64,000 bases of DNA from Planctomycetota bacterium (lineage in GTDB: Bacteria; Planctomycetota; UBA8108; UBA1146; JAJFFE01): the NCBI GenBank assembly GCA_039028735.1, contig JBCCHQ010000008.1, forward strand, positions 6,955 through 70,954, read 5' to 3'. Under the pieces are notes generated by a model. It did no database searches. It was given only the letters and a program-made list of their open reading frames with translations, and was not told the origin of the DNA. Both the position numbers and the translations under genes were made by a program. Shown piece by piece: positions 11,701-18,791 of the stretch; positions within the stretch are counted from its first letter, which is position 1, and every line of letters starts with the position of its first letter.

Positions 11701-12334
11701 CGCCGGTCAGCTAGAAGCGGTCACACCAGCGCACGCGGCCGGTTCGGTCGACGTCGATGTGGTCGGGCCAGTCGAGAGCGCTACGCTGCCGAATGGCTTC
11801 GTGTACGTCGCTCCACCAACTCTGACGTCGATCACTCCTTCTGGAGGTGATGTCGGGGGCGGCAACATCGTGAACATTACGGGGACGAATCTGGGGTCGG
11901 TACTGGATACGACCATCATGTTCGGCGCGAACCCAGCCAGTGTCTCGAGCGTCGCTTTGGACCAGTCTAGTGCGATCCTGATCTCGCCGCCGGGTCCCCC
12001 GGGCTTTGCGGACGTGACCGTCACGACTGCAGGAGGTTCGGCCACGATCACGGATGGTTTCCTCTACTCGAGCGGTGTGTTCACGCGCGGCGACTCGAAC
12101 CAGGACAACCAGATCAACCTCGCGGACGCGATCTTCAACCTCAGCTACCTCTTTGCAAATGGCGCCGCCCCACTTTGCTTCGACGCAGCGGATACCAACG
12201 ACGACAGTTTCATCGACCTCGCGGACGTGATCTATCTCGTTTCGTTCTTGTTCGCGAACGGTAGCCCGCCACCGACGCCGTTCGAAGTGCCAGGGCCCGA
12301 CCCGACGTTGGACACGCTGAACTGTCTCAACTAG
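2759..12334 (+). CDS. Giant (3192 aa) secreted surface protein: N-terminal globular region, 1 isolated + 28 tandem IPT/TIG Ig-like repeats, C-terminal dockerin-like module
   Basis: ORF 2576..12334. The preferred start is ATG 2759, with GGAGG 6 nt upstream, immediately followed by the signal-peptide-like MFRVTRHLVICAMTLLLSLGSGGPGSA. Repeats have the form SPxxGTPLGGDTVTVTGSNFTADAxVxFDG...TPAHAPGxVDVxVxNxNGS. The C-terminus is VFTRGDSNQDNQINLAD...DAADTNDDSFIDLAD. Confidence 0.85.
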   Translation: MFRVTRHLVICAMTLLLSLGSGGPGSAQTASAQPALAAPVQMRGHETAHGVQLRWLNSAKYDSLQILRNGDPIATLPGDASDYFDGAASTGCNHYDLLATTGGISASPIAHTVLVAGDRTDLIWAPAGTVGGLTDSARMLYRTLQANGRHPLRITTLPAGADLAPFDSVWVTLGTFPYNHVLTPQESQVLLDYTSGPERVLYLEGGDTWFDDPATPLHDLFGAYATDGGDADLTTQFGTTNLCLIVLDADYVGEQESIDRLAPSTHGVPLLRNDIPAYDTVVLRQLPHGSYTVAASHEFGGLEPIAGDLAGLMELYLDCLDIRRPHQLELHSIAPIRGLSTGGERVTLQGSFSRQTQVFFGGVPATNFVYIDHDTVEVVAPANVAGLVDVTASDALGSTSLLQAFEYLPAPIATHANSSSGALAFGPGNMPTVQSGTLSTNGNGVFTATIAAVDTSRAFLIFNARHNNSDPDGSMLRGRIASSTSVEFARVTNGGDVIDVQWYVVEYPAGVISVQRGTIPTMNSTTIDVGITPVDLDQAFVTWSKTPAATDSSWGSNDPILMELTATDNLQLRVAGTHSAHVIWWQVVEFTNAADILVQRGTTSLTAGLSSVDVTLGTAIDTDQTFLMTGFTSGDGGSDIGSRMLRGQVIDSDTIRFDRDLTSDDIDEIAWQVVELRDGSTVQRGSASFASGVSQTSEALTAVDLTRAVAFASAQPDAGLSMGKTAYSGNDITGVGCATLSLSTTSVTLERNNTSSTADIGWFVVEWGSGILPPSIATVSPNNGTPFGGDTVTITGSEFTADAVVSFDGIAAATTFVNTNTLTATTPAHASGSVDVTVAGSTGSDTLSNGFTYNPAPSLSAVSPTSGTPLGGDTLTVTGSSFTADASLTVDGVAVATTFVNSTTLTAVTVAHAPGTVDVAVSNLNGSDSLSNAFTFLTPPAITTIAPTSGTPLGGETLTVTGTNFTADATIAIDGAVQTTTFVSATTLTAVTPAHAPGAVDVTVASVNGSDTLSNGFTYQQPPDITGVLPNDGSPLGGDSVTITGSNFTAGTTVAFDGVTIPTTFVNTVTLTVTTPPHAPGFVPVSVTNANGSDTLAFGFTYNNPPSISSVAPSNGTPLGGDTVTVSGSNFTPTTTVSFDGIAAATTYVTTTSLTAVTPAHATGTVDVAVANVNGTDTLAAAFTYDAGPVLTSLTPTNGPPAGGVTVTVTGSNFTADATVSFDGTNATTSFVNSTTLTASSPAHAPGTVNVTVTSINGSSTLTAAFTYDNPPSISSISPANGTPLGGDTVNVSGADFTPSTTVSIDGATVATTFLSATTLTAVTAAHAPGTVDVAVANVNGADTLPNAFTFDSPPDVTGVTPSNGSPLGAENITVSGANFTADAVVFIDGIAAATTFVSSTTLTATTPAHAPGVVNVSVSNINGSDTVIAAFNYDNPPSLASLAPTNGSPLGGDTVTVTGADFTPDATVTVDGTAVATTYVNATTLTITTLAHAPGAVDVAVSSLNGSDTLLGAFTYDEPPTLTAVNPNNGPPAGGQTVTVTGTNFTADAVVAFDGIAATTTFVSATSLTALTPAHSNGVVDVSVSNLNGSATLAAIYTYNDAPSIASLAPANGTPLGGDTVTITGSGFTGDAAVTFDGITAATTFVSTTTLTVITPAHAPGTVDVMVTNINGSDTLAAGFIYDTPPILTSVSPASGTPLGGDTLTISGANFTPDTTATVDGMATATTFVNTTTVTVVTAPHAPGAVDIAVTNTNGSATLTDAFTFNAPPTIATVSPSNGSPLGMQTITVTGTGFTPDAVVAVDGMALSTIYVSPTTLLATTLANAPGVVDVAVSNVNGSATLAGSFTYDSPPTIQSVTPNSGTPLGGEVVTVTGTNYTPGTLALFGGVVAATTFVDATTLTATTPAHVPGSFVVNVVNTNGSGSLFAGYTYDDYATIAAAAPSSGTPLGGTAVTLTGTGFTGTTSVTFGGVPAASVTFVNSTTLIAVTAPQASGTVNIVIANANGTDTLTGGFTFDSVPAISSVAPSAGTPFGGDTLTVVGTNFTADAVVSIDGTNLVTTFVSPTILTAVTAAHAPGTENVTVTNVNGSATLPGAFTFDSPPTLATVAPLNGTPLGGDLLTLTGANFTASTSVTIDGAATPATFVSSTTLTVVTAPHAPGTVDVAVANVNGSDTLSGAFTYDSPPALTSVAPANGTPLGGDTLTLTGSAFTLGTDVLIDGSVAVSTFVSSTTLTVVTPAHAPGSVDVAVTNVNGSATLAASFTYDAPPQITSVAPSVGTALGGQTVTVNGSNFTADAAVAFDGVTAATSFVDSNTLTAITPAHAAGAIDVSVMNLNGTATLATGYNYVDPPTLASVSPTSGSPLGGEIVTISGANFTLGSVVTVDGTAAAASFVDSGTITITTPPHAPGAVDIGVSNSIGSDTLSLAFTYNTPPGLTAVTPTNGTPLGGDTLTISGTNLTADSVVSIDGTAVATTFVSATTLTAVTVAHAPGLVDISVANVNGASVLASSFTFDNPPSVTSVSPGAGSPLGGQTITISGVNFTADATVSFDGIAAATTFVDSMTLSAVTPAHAPGAVDVTVTNLNGSATLSGGFAFNGPPVATGISPSDGSQVGGDTVTITGTGFIGDETVTFDGIAATTVNFINGSTITAETPPHTAGFVDVAVSNVNGTSTLVGAFEYLSTPTITSLSPTEGSSLGGTTVTLTGSNYIGGETVTFDGIPAPSVTLINSTTLDVVTPPHAPGAVTVAVSNVNGSGALPLSFTYEAPPALSGLTPPSGSPLGVTTVVVMGSGFDNATVVTFDGLLPATTTFIDSSNIEVVAPAHIPGFVDVTVTNSNGSDTALGAFLYESPPQTLFVAPIVGTSLGGDTVTVTGMDFTPDSVVLFGATPAATTYIDATTLEAVTPPQPGGLTDVSVTNANGNSVLPNAFTFQATLFVTVVTPGQGPVAGGTTVSVVGTGFQGNEVVLFDGIPATSLTLINAGQLEAVTPAHAAGSVDVDVVGPVESATLPNGFVYVAPPTLTSITPSGGDVGGGNIVNITGTNLGSVLDTTIMFGANPASVSSVALDQSSAILISPPGPPGFADVTVTTAGGSATITDGFLYSSGVFTRGDSNQDNQINLADAIFNLSYLFANGAAPLCFDAADTNDDSFIDLADVIYLVSFLFANGSPPPTPFEVPGPDPTLDTLNCLN
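4140..5074 (+). repeat. Four ~90-aa coding repeats of an unassigned domain, each ending W(Y/Q/F)VVE...(VQ)RG(T/S)
   Basis: The four repeat ends are ...DVIDVQWYVVEYPAGVISVQRGT, ...HVIWWQVVEFTNAADILVQRGT, ...IDEIAWQVVELRDGSTVQRGS and ...ADIGWFVVEWGSG. The block lies between the isolated IPT domain and the IPT array. Confidence 0.55.
5075..12076 (+). repeat. 28 tandem ~255-bp (85-aa) IPT/TIG-like coding repeats inside the giant gene (diverged, ~50-60% aa identity)
   Basis: The (I/L)xSVSPxxGTPLGGDT.T.TGxNFT...FDG...TTFV..TTLT..TPAHAPG.VDV.V.N.NGS..L...FTY unit recurs 28 times in the translation. Confidence 0.8.
12077..12331 (+). other. Dockerin-like C-terminal module (two F-hand Ca-binding repeats + Cys-containing tail) of giant protein
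   Basis: Repeat 1 is GDSNQDNQINLADAIFNLSYLFANG and repeat 2 is DAADTNDDSFIDLADVIYLVSFLFANG, followed by the tail PFEVPGPDPTLDTLNC. Confidence 0.75.
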
Positions 12335-12366
12335 GCGCGGCAGGGCCGAGCGGCTACCTAAAAACA

Positions 12367-12416
12367 GAGAACGACGGAACTGCGCGCAGTGCGCGGCTCC
12401 GTCGTTCTCATTTTCA
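12367..12416. terminator. Bidirectional intrinsic terminator between convergent giant gene and 12436..13893 gene
   Basis: Perfect 12-bp stem GAGAACGACGGA/TCCGTCGTTCTC (12367-12378 / 12398-12409), flanked by an A-tract (ctaaaaaca) and ATTTTCA. Confidence 0.7.
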
Positions 12417-12435
12417 CCAAATCAGTACCAGCGCT

Positions 12436-13893
12436 TCAGGGGCAGTTTGCAAACGACAGACAGCCACGTCCTGGGCCACAAGCCGGAAACGGTGCGGCCG
12501 GCACCGGGCCGTGGGCAAACAGGTACATCGCAAGGAAGACTGCGTCAGCCAAGTCCACGTTCACGTCGTTGTTGGTATCGGCAGCGTCATAGCAACCGCC
12601 TGGCACTCCGGCTGCGGCAACCCAACGCGCAACAAAAACTACGTCTGATACATCCACGATGCCGTCATCGTTTGAGTCACCACGCACGAAGTCGACGTTC
12701 GCGGGCACGAGGCAGAAGTTGGTGTTCGGGGCAACGACTCCGTAGAAGATGCTGAGGTCAATCTGCATGGGGCAGATACCCGGGCCCAATCCGACTGGCA
12801 TCCCGATCGCATCAATAGCCACCTGACATGGGCCGATCGGGAGGTTACTGAAGACGTAGTCGCCAAGCGCGCCCGAGACCTGCGTTTCAGTGTAGTCGTC
12901 AGCCGTGCCTAGGATTCCATCGTTGCCAGCACAAGTCGCAACGACCGGGACGCCGGCGATTCCAACTTCGGCACTGTCTTCGACGCCATTGTCGTTCGCA
13001 TCGAGCCAGATCGTGCCGGAGACGTCACCCGAGGGTGGCGTTTGCAAGACGAGCGCCGAGGCCACCCAAGCAAAGGATGACGGCAGATTCGCACCTCCTG
13101 GTGGACCGGACAAGACCTGCACCGACAGAGACGAGACACCAGCGCCGATGGGAACGTCGAGCGCCAAGTGGTCCCATTCCGCACCAGACGTACTACCCAA
13201 CAGATCTGGATGATCCGTGACCACGCCATCTGTTTCGATACGAATCGAGTTGGGACGGTTCGCCTGGACGTCAGCGACGACGACCTGCAACGTCGCGGTG
13301 CGACTGGTTGGCAGCGGCGAGAACAGGAACGACTGTGGTTGGGTCGTGTCCAAAGGCGGTGTGAAGTAGTGAAAAGCCATGTCGAGGCCATCGGTCAAGA
13401 ACAGCTCACTGGCTGTCTGCCCATCATCGACAACGACAAACAGCGACGCGCCGTGTGCGAGAATGTCGAAGTCCAAGCCGGTGATTGCGACGCTATTGGT
13501 TCCCGGGTTCAACGTCACGTTGTTCGTTACGTCTGCACGAAACGCCGAACAATAGGTGCTCGAGAAGAACAGCGTCGGGCCTCCAGTCAAGACCCCCACC
13601 ACCTGCACTCCATTCACGAGCGCCGTGTCATCGCTGCCTGTCACGGGCCCCGTGTGAAAACCAGTCCAGCACAACAGTATCTGCGCCACCGACACGCCTG
13701 TTGGGACCTCGATTTCGATCGTGCTGGCGCCTGAGAGTAAACCAGTCCCGGCGCTGACCAGATCGCTCCCGGCAGCCAGCGGAGTGCTGAGGGGGCCCAA
13801 CGCCTCTGTACCATCCGCGTGAGCCGCGGCAGCAAAGCCCAGACTGAGAACCAGGGCCAGCAGAGTGCGAATGTACGAGTACTGAGGTGCCAT
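12436..13893 (-). CDS. Secreted protein with SdrD-B/Cna-B-like domain and C-terminal dockerin-like module
   Basis: ATG 13893 precedes the signal peptide MAPQYSYIRTLLALVLSLGFAAAAHA (the ORF track uses GTG 13902). An SdrD-B-like segment reads GTIWLDANDNGVEDSAEVGIAGV...TADDYTETQVSGALGDYVF. The dockerin-like tail is 12439..12690 (FVRGDSNDDGIVDVSD...DAADTNNDVNVDLAD...CGPGRGCLSFANCP). Confidence 0.8.
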   Translation of the reverse strand: MAPQYSYIRTLLALVLSLGFAAAAHADGTEALGPLSTPLAAGSDLVSAGTGLLSGASTIEIEVPTGVSVAQILLCWTGFHTGPVTGSDDTALVNGVQVVGVLTGGPTLFFSSTYCSAFRADVTNNVTLNPGTNSVAITGLDFDILAHGASLFVVVDDGQTASELFLTDGLDMAFHYFTPPLDTTQPQSFLFSPLPTSRTATLQVVVADVQANRPNSIRIETDGVVTDHPDLLGSTSGAEWDHLALDVPIGAGVSSLSVQVLSGPPGGANLPSSFAWVASALVLQTPPSGDVSGTIWLDANDNGVEDSAEVGIAGVPVVATCAGNDGILGTADDYTETQVSGALGDYVFSNLPIGPCQVAIDAIGMPVGLGPGICPMQIDLSIFYGVVAPNTNFCLVPANVDFVRGDSNDDGIVDVSDVVFVARWVAAAGVPGGCYDAADTNNDVNVDLADAVFLAMYLFAHGPVPAAPFPACGPGRGCLSFANCP

Positions 13894-14209
13894 TGGACAC
13901 ACTCCGTCCTAGCGCTTTGTAGAGGGATTGCCTGCGAAGAGGGCGCACGGCTTTCGCAATGCTTTGAGAGCGTGCGGTCGCAGCCCAACAGCTTGGCTGC
14001 TGGTTAGACCGTGGCGTGGAGAGGCGCCATCACCCGCTTGCTTGGCGGTGCCAGACAATTTGGGGGATCCATCTTAGCACTCGACCGCAGCAGCCCAAAT
14101 CAAAGCCCGCACGAAGTGACGAGAGCGCAACTTACGAAGCACTCCGCAAACGGCCAGACGAGCGGGATGTGCCCCGGCCAGAACGCCAGCAAAGTCGAAA
14201 CCTGGGGCC

Positions 14210-14238
14210 TTGGGGTCGCTGCTCGTGCGCCCTACAAT
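14210..14238 (+). promoter_or_regulatory. Sigma-70-like promoter candidate TTGGGG-N17-TACAAT upstream of 14307 CDS
   Basis: ~70 nt upstream of ATG 14307 in the divergent intergenic region. Confidence 0.3.
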
Positions 14239-14306
14239 GCGCCCTGGTGCCCGAGACCCACGGCGCGACTGCCCACCCTCCAAGACGGTGGCTGCGCCCC
14301 ACTTAC

Positions 14307-14867
14307 ATGGAAAGCGAGCAAGCACGCATGAACTGGACGGAACTACTCAACGCGGAGATCACTGGAGCCTATGGCGCCGCGGAAGGGCTGTTCGACCTCG
14401 TCGAGGACGGCGAGCTCGGTTGGAAGCCAGAGCAAGGCGCCAACTGGATGACGACCGGCCAGCTGCTACAGCACGTAACCGAGGCGTGCGGTTGCTGTTG
14501 TGCAGGTTTCGTCACTGGCGATTGGAAGATGCCAGACGGGACGGATCTCAAAGATGTTCCCCCCGAGGAGATGATGCCACCAGCCGAGAAGATGGGCGCT
14601 GTCGACAGCGTTGCGAAGGCCCGCGAACTGCTCGCCGCTGACAAAGCCGTCGCGCTCCAAATGGTCGAGCGAGCGGGTGAGGAACGACTGTCGAGCGAGA
14701 AGTGCTCGGCCCCGTGGATGCCAGGATTCGAGCAACCGCTCGGGCAACACTTGCTGCAGATGGTGGCGCATCTCAACACCCACAAGGCGCAGCTCTACTA
14801 CTACTTGAAGCTGCAAGGGAAGCCGGTACACACCGGTCATCTCTACGGGATGGGAAGTGGGTGCTAA
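14307..14867 (+). CDS. Small DinB/YfiT-like (four-helix-bundle metalloenzyme-like) hypothetical protein
   Basis: In-frame ATG at 14307 (or 14328); the long upstream part of ORF 14016.. is unlikely to be coding (promoter-like TTGGGG-N17-TACAAT lies at 14210-14238). The family call is weak. Confidence 0.5.
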   Translation: MESEQARMNWTELLNAEITGAYGAAEGLFDLVEDGELGWKPEQGANWMTTGQLLQHVTEACGCCCAGFVTGDWKMPDGTDLKDVPPEEMMPPAEKMGAVDSVAKARELLAADKAVALQMVERAGEERLSSEKCSAPWMPGFEQPLGQHLLQMVAHLNTHKAQLYYYLKLQGKPVHTGHLYGMGSGC

Positions 14868-14889
14868 CGCAGTCTGCCGGCGATCGCTG

Positions 14890-17361
14890 CTAGCAGCTGC
14901 TGGGTGACGGGCTCATGCAAGGCGTGAGCCCGTCCGCCGTCGCGTCGCTGCCGCACGCCGGATAGGGCGCCTGCGGCGCCGCGGAGCTCGGCACGAACAG
15001 AAAGTTCAGGAGCTGCACCGCATCGAGGATGTTGAGCGCCCCGTCGTCGCCAATGTCTGCGGCATCGGGGCACGCCAGGACTTGCCCCAGAAACAACGCT
15101 CCCAGGATCAAGACGGCATCATTGAGGGCCACCCCCCCATCCCCGGACACATCGCCGCGCAGGAATCGGTCTTGACCACCTTGGCCACGATTGAAGAGCA
15201 CAGCGACGGCGTCCGAATCGCGGCACGCAACGGCAAGATCAATTTGGCCGTCGCCGTCCAGGTCACCACTAGCAACGGCCGACGGCCACGCCCCCACGCC
15301 GAAACTCTGCACTGGAGCAAACGTACCCGAGCTCGATTCGAAGACGGCCACGGGCGCCTCGAGAATCGACAAGGCAACGACGTCACGACGGCCGTCGCCG
15401 TCGACGTCCACAGCCAACAAGTCTTGCTGTGCCCCACCCATGATCTCGACTCCACTGCTGAAGAACCCTCCAGCGCCGTCACCTGAGAGCAATCGTAGCC
15501 GCGGCGTCTGTAGGCCACTCGCCGTTGCGAGGTCCAAGATCCCGTCGCCGTCGAAGTCACCGCTAACAACGTCGAAGCCTACTTCCGGTAGCGTCATGAT
15601 TACGGAAGGCATCTGCAGCGTGCCGCCCGTCGTGCCGGCGAAGTAGTACAGTCTGGGGTCTCCCGAGAGCGTTCCTTGCGTCAAGACGACGACATCGAGC
15701 GCGCCGTCGTTGTTGTAGTCCCCAGTCGTAAGGTCGACAGGGATCAACGGCGCGCTGTAGTTGACCGGTGCCCCAAAACCACCGCCGCCGTTCCCTGGCA
15801 CGACGATCAGAGCATCGTTGCCCGGATCCAGCGCAAGGACGTCGAGGTTCCCGTCCCCGGTCACGTCCGCAACTGCCAGCGACGCGAGCGAGAAACCGGT
15901 CGCGATCGCCGCGCCCACGGAGAAGCCACCCAGGCCGTCCCCATTGCCGACAACGATCGAGCCCTGCACGGCTTCCAACATGACGACGTCGAGGTCCGCG
16001 TCTCCGTCGAGATCCGCCAGCGCCACTTCGGTGGGGTCCAGCGGTGCGAGATTGACCTGACTCGTCGTATACGCGCCGGGCACCGACTGCCGATGCAGCA
16101 CTAGCTGGTTGACTTCGGTCACTGCCACTACATCGACATTTCCGTCGTTGTCGACATCGCCAACGGCCGTCCCCACCGGCTGGTCGCCACTCGGCAAGTA
16201 GAGAGGTTGCTGCAAGGCACCAGAGCCGCTGCTCTTAACGGTCGCCACCGCATCGATTCCCAACAACACCAGCAGATCGTCGTTCCCATCCGCATCGAGG
16301 TCACTACTAGCAACCTCCAACGGCAGCTGCCCAACATCCAACTCGCTGACGTTCGAGAAACCGCCGGCACCGGTACCCAGCAGGACTGCGCCGTCGCCAT
16401 CGAAGGTGCTGACGACAACGAGATCGATGAACGCATCGCCGTTGAGGTGAACCGCATGGAGCGTGGATGCTAGCGCACCAGCAGGCACCGAGGCGCTGGA
16501 CGCGAAACCGCCGGCGCCGTCACCGAAACGAATCACAACATCGTCACTCGATGAGTTCGCGGTCGCGATGTCAATGAACCCGTCAGCGTTCAGGTCTTCG
16601 AGAATCAGGTCCTGCGGGTTGCTCCCCATGGGGAGAGCTATCGGCAGAGTCGACGAAGGTGCCAAACCGCCCGTGCCGTCCCCGAACAACACACGCACCT
16701 CATCCTGGATGCGCGCCGTCACCACGAGGTCGAGATTTCCGTCCTGGTCGAGATCGGCCAGCTGGGGCTTCCCTGGACTGGGCAACACCAGCGATGAGCC
16801 TGTCGTGAAGCCGCCGCTGCCAGTGCCCAATAGAACTTGACCTTGGTCATCTAGATTGCTGGTAACGAACAGATCGCTGACGGCATCGTTGTTCAAATCG
16901 CCGACGACCAGACCATCGGGCAGGCATATCGTCGCTGTATTCTGGCTCCACGCGAAAGAACCATCGCCGGGACCAACGAAGAGCGAAACGTTGTGGGAAC
17001 TCAAGTTGGCGGTACACACGTCGAGATTGCCATCACCGGTGAAGTCACCGACGGCGATGGCGTAGGGTTCCGTCGCCCCGGTGGCCCAGAACCGACTCCA
17101 ACTGGGAAAGGCTCCGCTGCCGTCATTGAGGGCAACGATGATCGAGCTGAGAAAAGGGGGATTGGGGGTCTGCACGGACGCGACGACATCCACGCAACCG
17201 TCGCCATTGAGGTCGCCGGTCGCCATCGCCGTCACACAAACGATACAGACGGTGTCTCCGAGGGGAAACGTTCGAAACGTCTCGAATTCAACCGCGCTGC
17301 TCGACGACGAGAGACTCACGAATGTCGAGAACACGACTACGGCCAGCGGAGACTTGCGCAA
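14890..17361 (-). CDS. Secreted FG-GAP/VCBS-type beta-propeller repeat protein with C-terminal dockerin-like module
   Basis: TTG start with an in-frame stop 5 codons upstream and a purine-rich RBS. Signal peptide is MRKSPLAVVVFSTFVSLSSSSSA. There are >10 repeats of the form GD(L/F)NGDGxxDxVxx. The dockerin-like tail is 14893..15165 (FLRGDVSGDGGVALND...DAADIGDDGALNILD...CGSDATADGLTPC). Confidence 0.8.
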   Translation of the reverse strand: MRKSPLAVVVFSTFVSLSSSSSAVEFETFRTFPLGDTVCIVCVTAMATGDLNGDGCVDVVASVQTPNPPFLSSIIVALNDGSGAFPSWSRFWATGATEPYAIAVGDFTGDGNLDVCTANLSSHNVSLFVGPGDGSFAWSQNTATICLPDGLVVGDLNNDAVSDLFVTSNLDDQGQVLLGTGSGGFTTGSSLVLPSPGKPQLADLDQDGNLDLVVTARIQDEVRVLFGDGTGGLAPSSTLPIALPMGSNPQDLILEDLNADGFIDIATANSSSDDVVIRFGDGAGGFASSASVPAGALASTLHAVHLNGDAFIDLVVVSTFDGDGAVLLGTGAGGFSNVSELDVGQLPLEVASSDLDADGNDDLLVLLGIDAVATVKSSGSGALQQPLYLPSGDQPVGTAVGDVDNDGNVDVVAVTEVNQLVLHRQSVPGAYTTSQVNLAPLDPTEVALADLDGDADLDVVMLEAVQGSIVVGNGDGLGGFSVGAAIATGFSLASLAVADVTGDGNLDVLALDPGNDALIVVPGNGGGGFGAPVNYSAPLIPVDLTTGDYNNDGALDVVVLTQGTLSGDPRLYYFAGTTGGTLQMPSVIMTLPEVGFDVVSGDFDGDGILDLATASGLQTPRLRLLSGDGAGGFFSSGVEIMGGAQQDLLAVDVDGDGRRDVVALSILEAPVAVFESSSGTFAPVQSFGVGAWPSAVASGDLDGDGQIDLAVACRDSDAVAVLFNRGQGGQDRFLRGDVSGDGGVALNDAVLILGALFLGQVLACPDAADIGDDGALNILDAVQLLNFLFVPSSAAPQAPYPACGSDATADGLTPCMSPSPSSC

Positions 17362-17533
17362 GATGGCTTCTTCCAGCTAGGAGCACCCGAGTAGTTGGAT
17401 GCATTGTTCCATCGAGTTGGATCCGGGGTTGACCCCGATCCGGTCCGGTGATTCTCCTGGCACCGGGGCGACACATCCAGCACTGCTTTTGCGCCTCGAG
17501 AGAACCAGCTTTGGCGCCGCTGCCGCGCGCAGA

Positions 17534-18634
17534 CTACACTGAGAAGCGAAAGTGCATGATGTCGCCATCCTGGACGACGTATTTCTTCCCTTCGAGGCGC
17601 ATGGCCCCCGCCTCTTTGACAGCTGCCTCGCTCTTGTGTTCCATCAAGTCGGCGTAGTGATACACGTCCGCTTTGATGAAGCCTCGTTCGAAGTCGGTGT
17701 GGATCACTCCGGCGGCCTGTGGCGCAGAGTCTCCCTCATGGATCGTCCATGCCCGCACTTCCTTCTCGCCCGCCGTGAAGTACGTCTGCAGGTTCAGCAG
17801 TCGGTAGCCAGCATGGATCACGCGATCCAAGCCGGACTCGGTCAGGCCAAGGTCTGCCAGGAACTCGCTCTTCTCTTCTGGGTCTAGCTCCGCGATCTCT
17901 GCCTCGGTCTTTCCACACAACGCAGTGACTTCTGCGCCCTCAGAAGCGGCATGCGCAGCGAGACGTTGGTAGTGTGGGTTGTTCGCCAAGTCTTCCATAC
18001 CACCGTCATCGACATTGCCGATGTACATCACCTTCTTCTGTGTGATGAGGTGGAAGTCACGAATGCATAGCGCATCGTCTTCGGAGAGTCCTAGCGCGCG
18101 TACGCACTTCCCCGCTTCGAGCGCGTCCTGCACGGGACGCGCCACTTCGAGCGCCTTGATCGCGTCCTTGTCGCCGCCGCGCGTCTTCTTCTCCAGCGCT
18201 GTGATCCGCTTGGTAACCGTCTCGAGATCAGCGAGGATCAGCTCGGTATCAATGATCTCGATGTCACGAATCGGATCGACTGAGCCGTCGACGTGTACAA
18301 CGTTCTCGTCATCGAAGCAGCGCACGACGTGCGCGATCGCGTTTGTCTCACGGATGTGAGCCAGAAACTTGTTGCCGAGTCCCTCTCCTTTCGAGGCTCC
18401 CGCAACCAGCCCCGCGATGTCGACAAACGTCATCGTCGTCGGAACCACCTTCTTCGGGACGATGTAGTTCGCGATGTCTTGCAGCCGCGGATCGGGAACG
18501 CTGACGATTCCCTGGTTCGGCTCGATTGTGCAGAACGGGAAATTGGCTGCCTCCGCCCCGACTGAAGTCAGGGCGTTGAAGATCGTCGACTTGCCGACGT
18601 TGGGGAGTCCGACGATTCCGCAGGTGAAACCCAT
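17534..18634 (-). CDS. ychF: Ribosome-binding ATPase YchF (Obg-family GTPase/ATPase)
   Basis: [24 protein letters not shown]-loop, a TGS domain at the C-terminus, and AAGAGG 10 nt upstream of the ATG. Confidence 0.95.
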   Translation of the reverse strand: MGFTCGIVGLPNVGKSTIFNALTSVGAEAANFPFCTIEPNQGIVSVPDPRLQDIANYIVPKKVVPTTMTFVDIAGLVAGASKGEGLGNKFLAHIRETNAIAHVVRCFDDENVVHVDGSVDPIRDIEIIDTELILADLETVTKRITALEKKTRGGDKDAIKALEVARPVQDALEAGKCVRALGLSEDDALCIRDFHLITQKKVMYIGNVDDGGMEDLANNPHYQRLAAHAASEGAEVTALCGKTEAEIAELDPEEKSEFLADLGLTESGLDRVIHAGYRLLNLQTYFTAGEKEVRAWTIHEGDSAPQAAGVIHTDFERGFIKADVYHYADLMEHKSEAAVKEAGAMRLEGKKYVVQDGDIMHFRFSV

Positions 18635-18791
18635 CGCTAGGGACCTCTTTTCGATTCCACTGAGATTGGCGAGCGCAGAGGATACCGAATCGATCTGTGA
18701 CGACTAGCCCGCTTTTTGTCGGCAACCGGACACCTCGGCCTACATCGCCAGCCCCAACCCGTTTCGGGAGCGGCAGATAGTGACGTAGGAC

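Noticed and set aside
5075-12076. Possible CRISPR array or satellite because of strong periodicity
   Set aside because: The period is 255 bp. The repeats are diverged and in-frame coding (IPT domains). No short direct repeats with unique spacers occur anywhere in the window.
12077-12100. RGD tripeptide at the start of every dockerin-like tail as an integrin-binding adhesion motif
   Set aside because: The RGD is part of the conserved Ca-binding loop (R-G-D-x-N-x-D-G) in all nine copies, so its conservation is structural and gives no independent evidence of cell-adhesion function.
17362-18791. tRNA/ncRNA genes in the intergenic regions flanking ychF
   Set aside because: There is no cloverleaf-compatible sequence and no T-loop GTTCGA(A/G)TC motif. 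17421-17446 has only a short GC hairpin with no T-tract.
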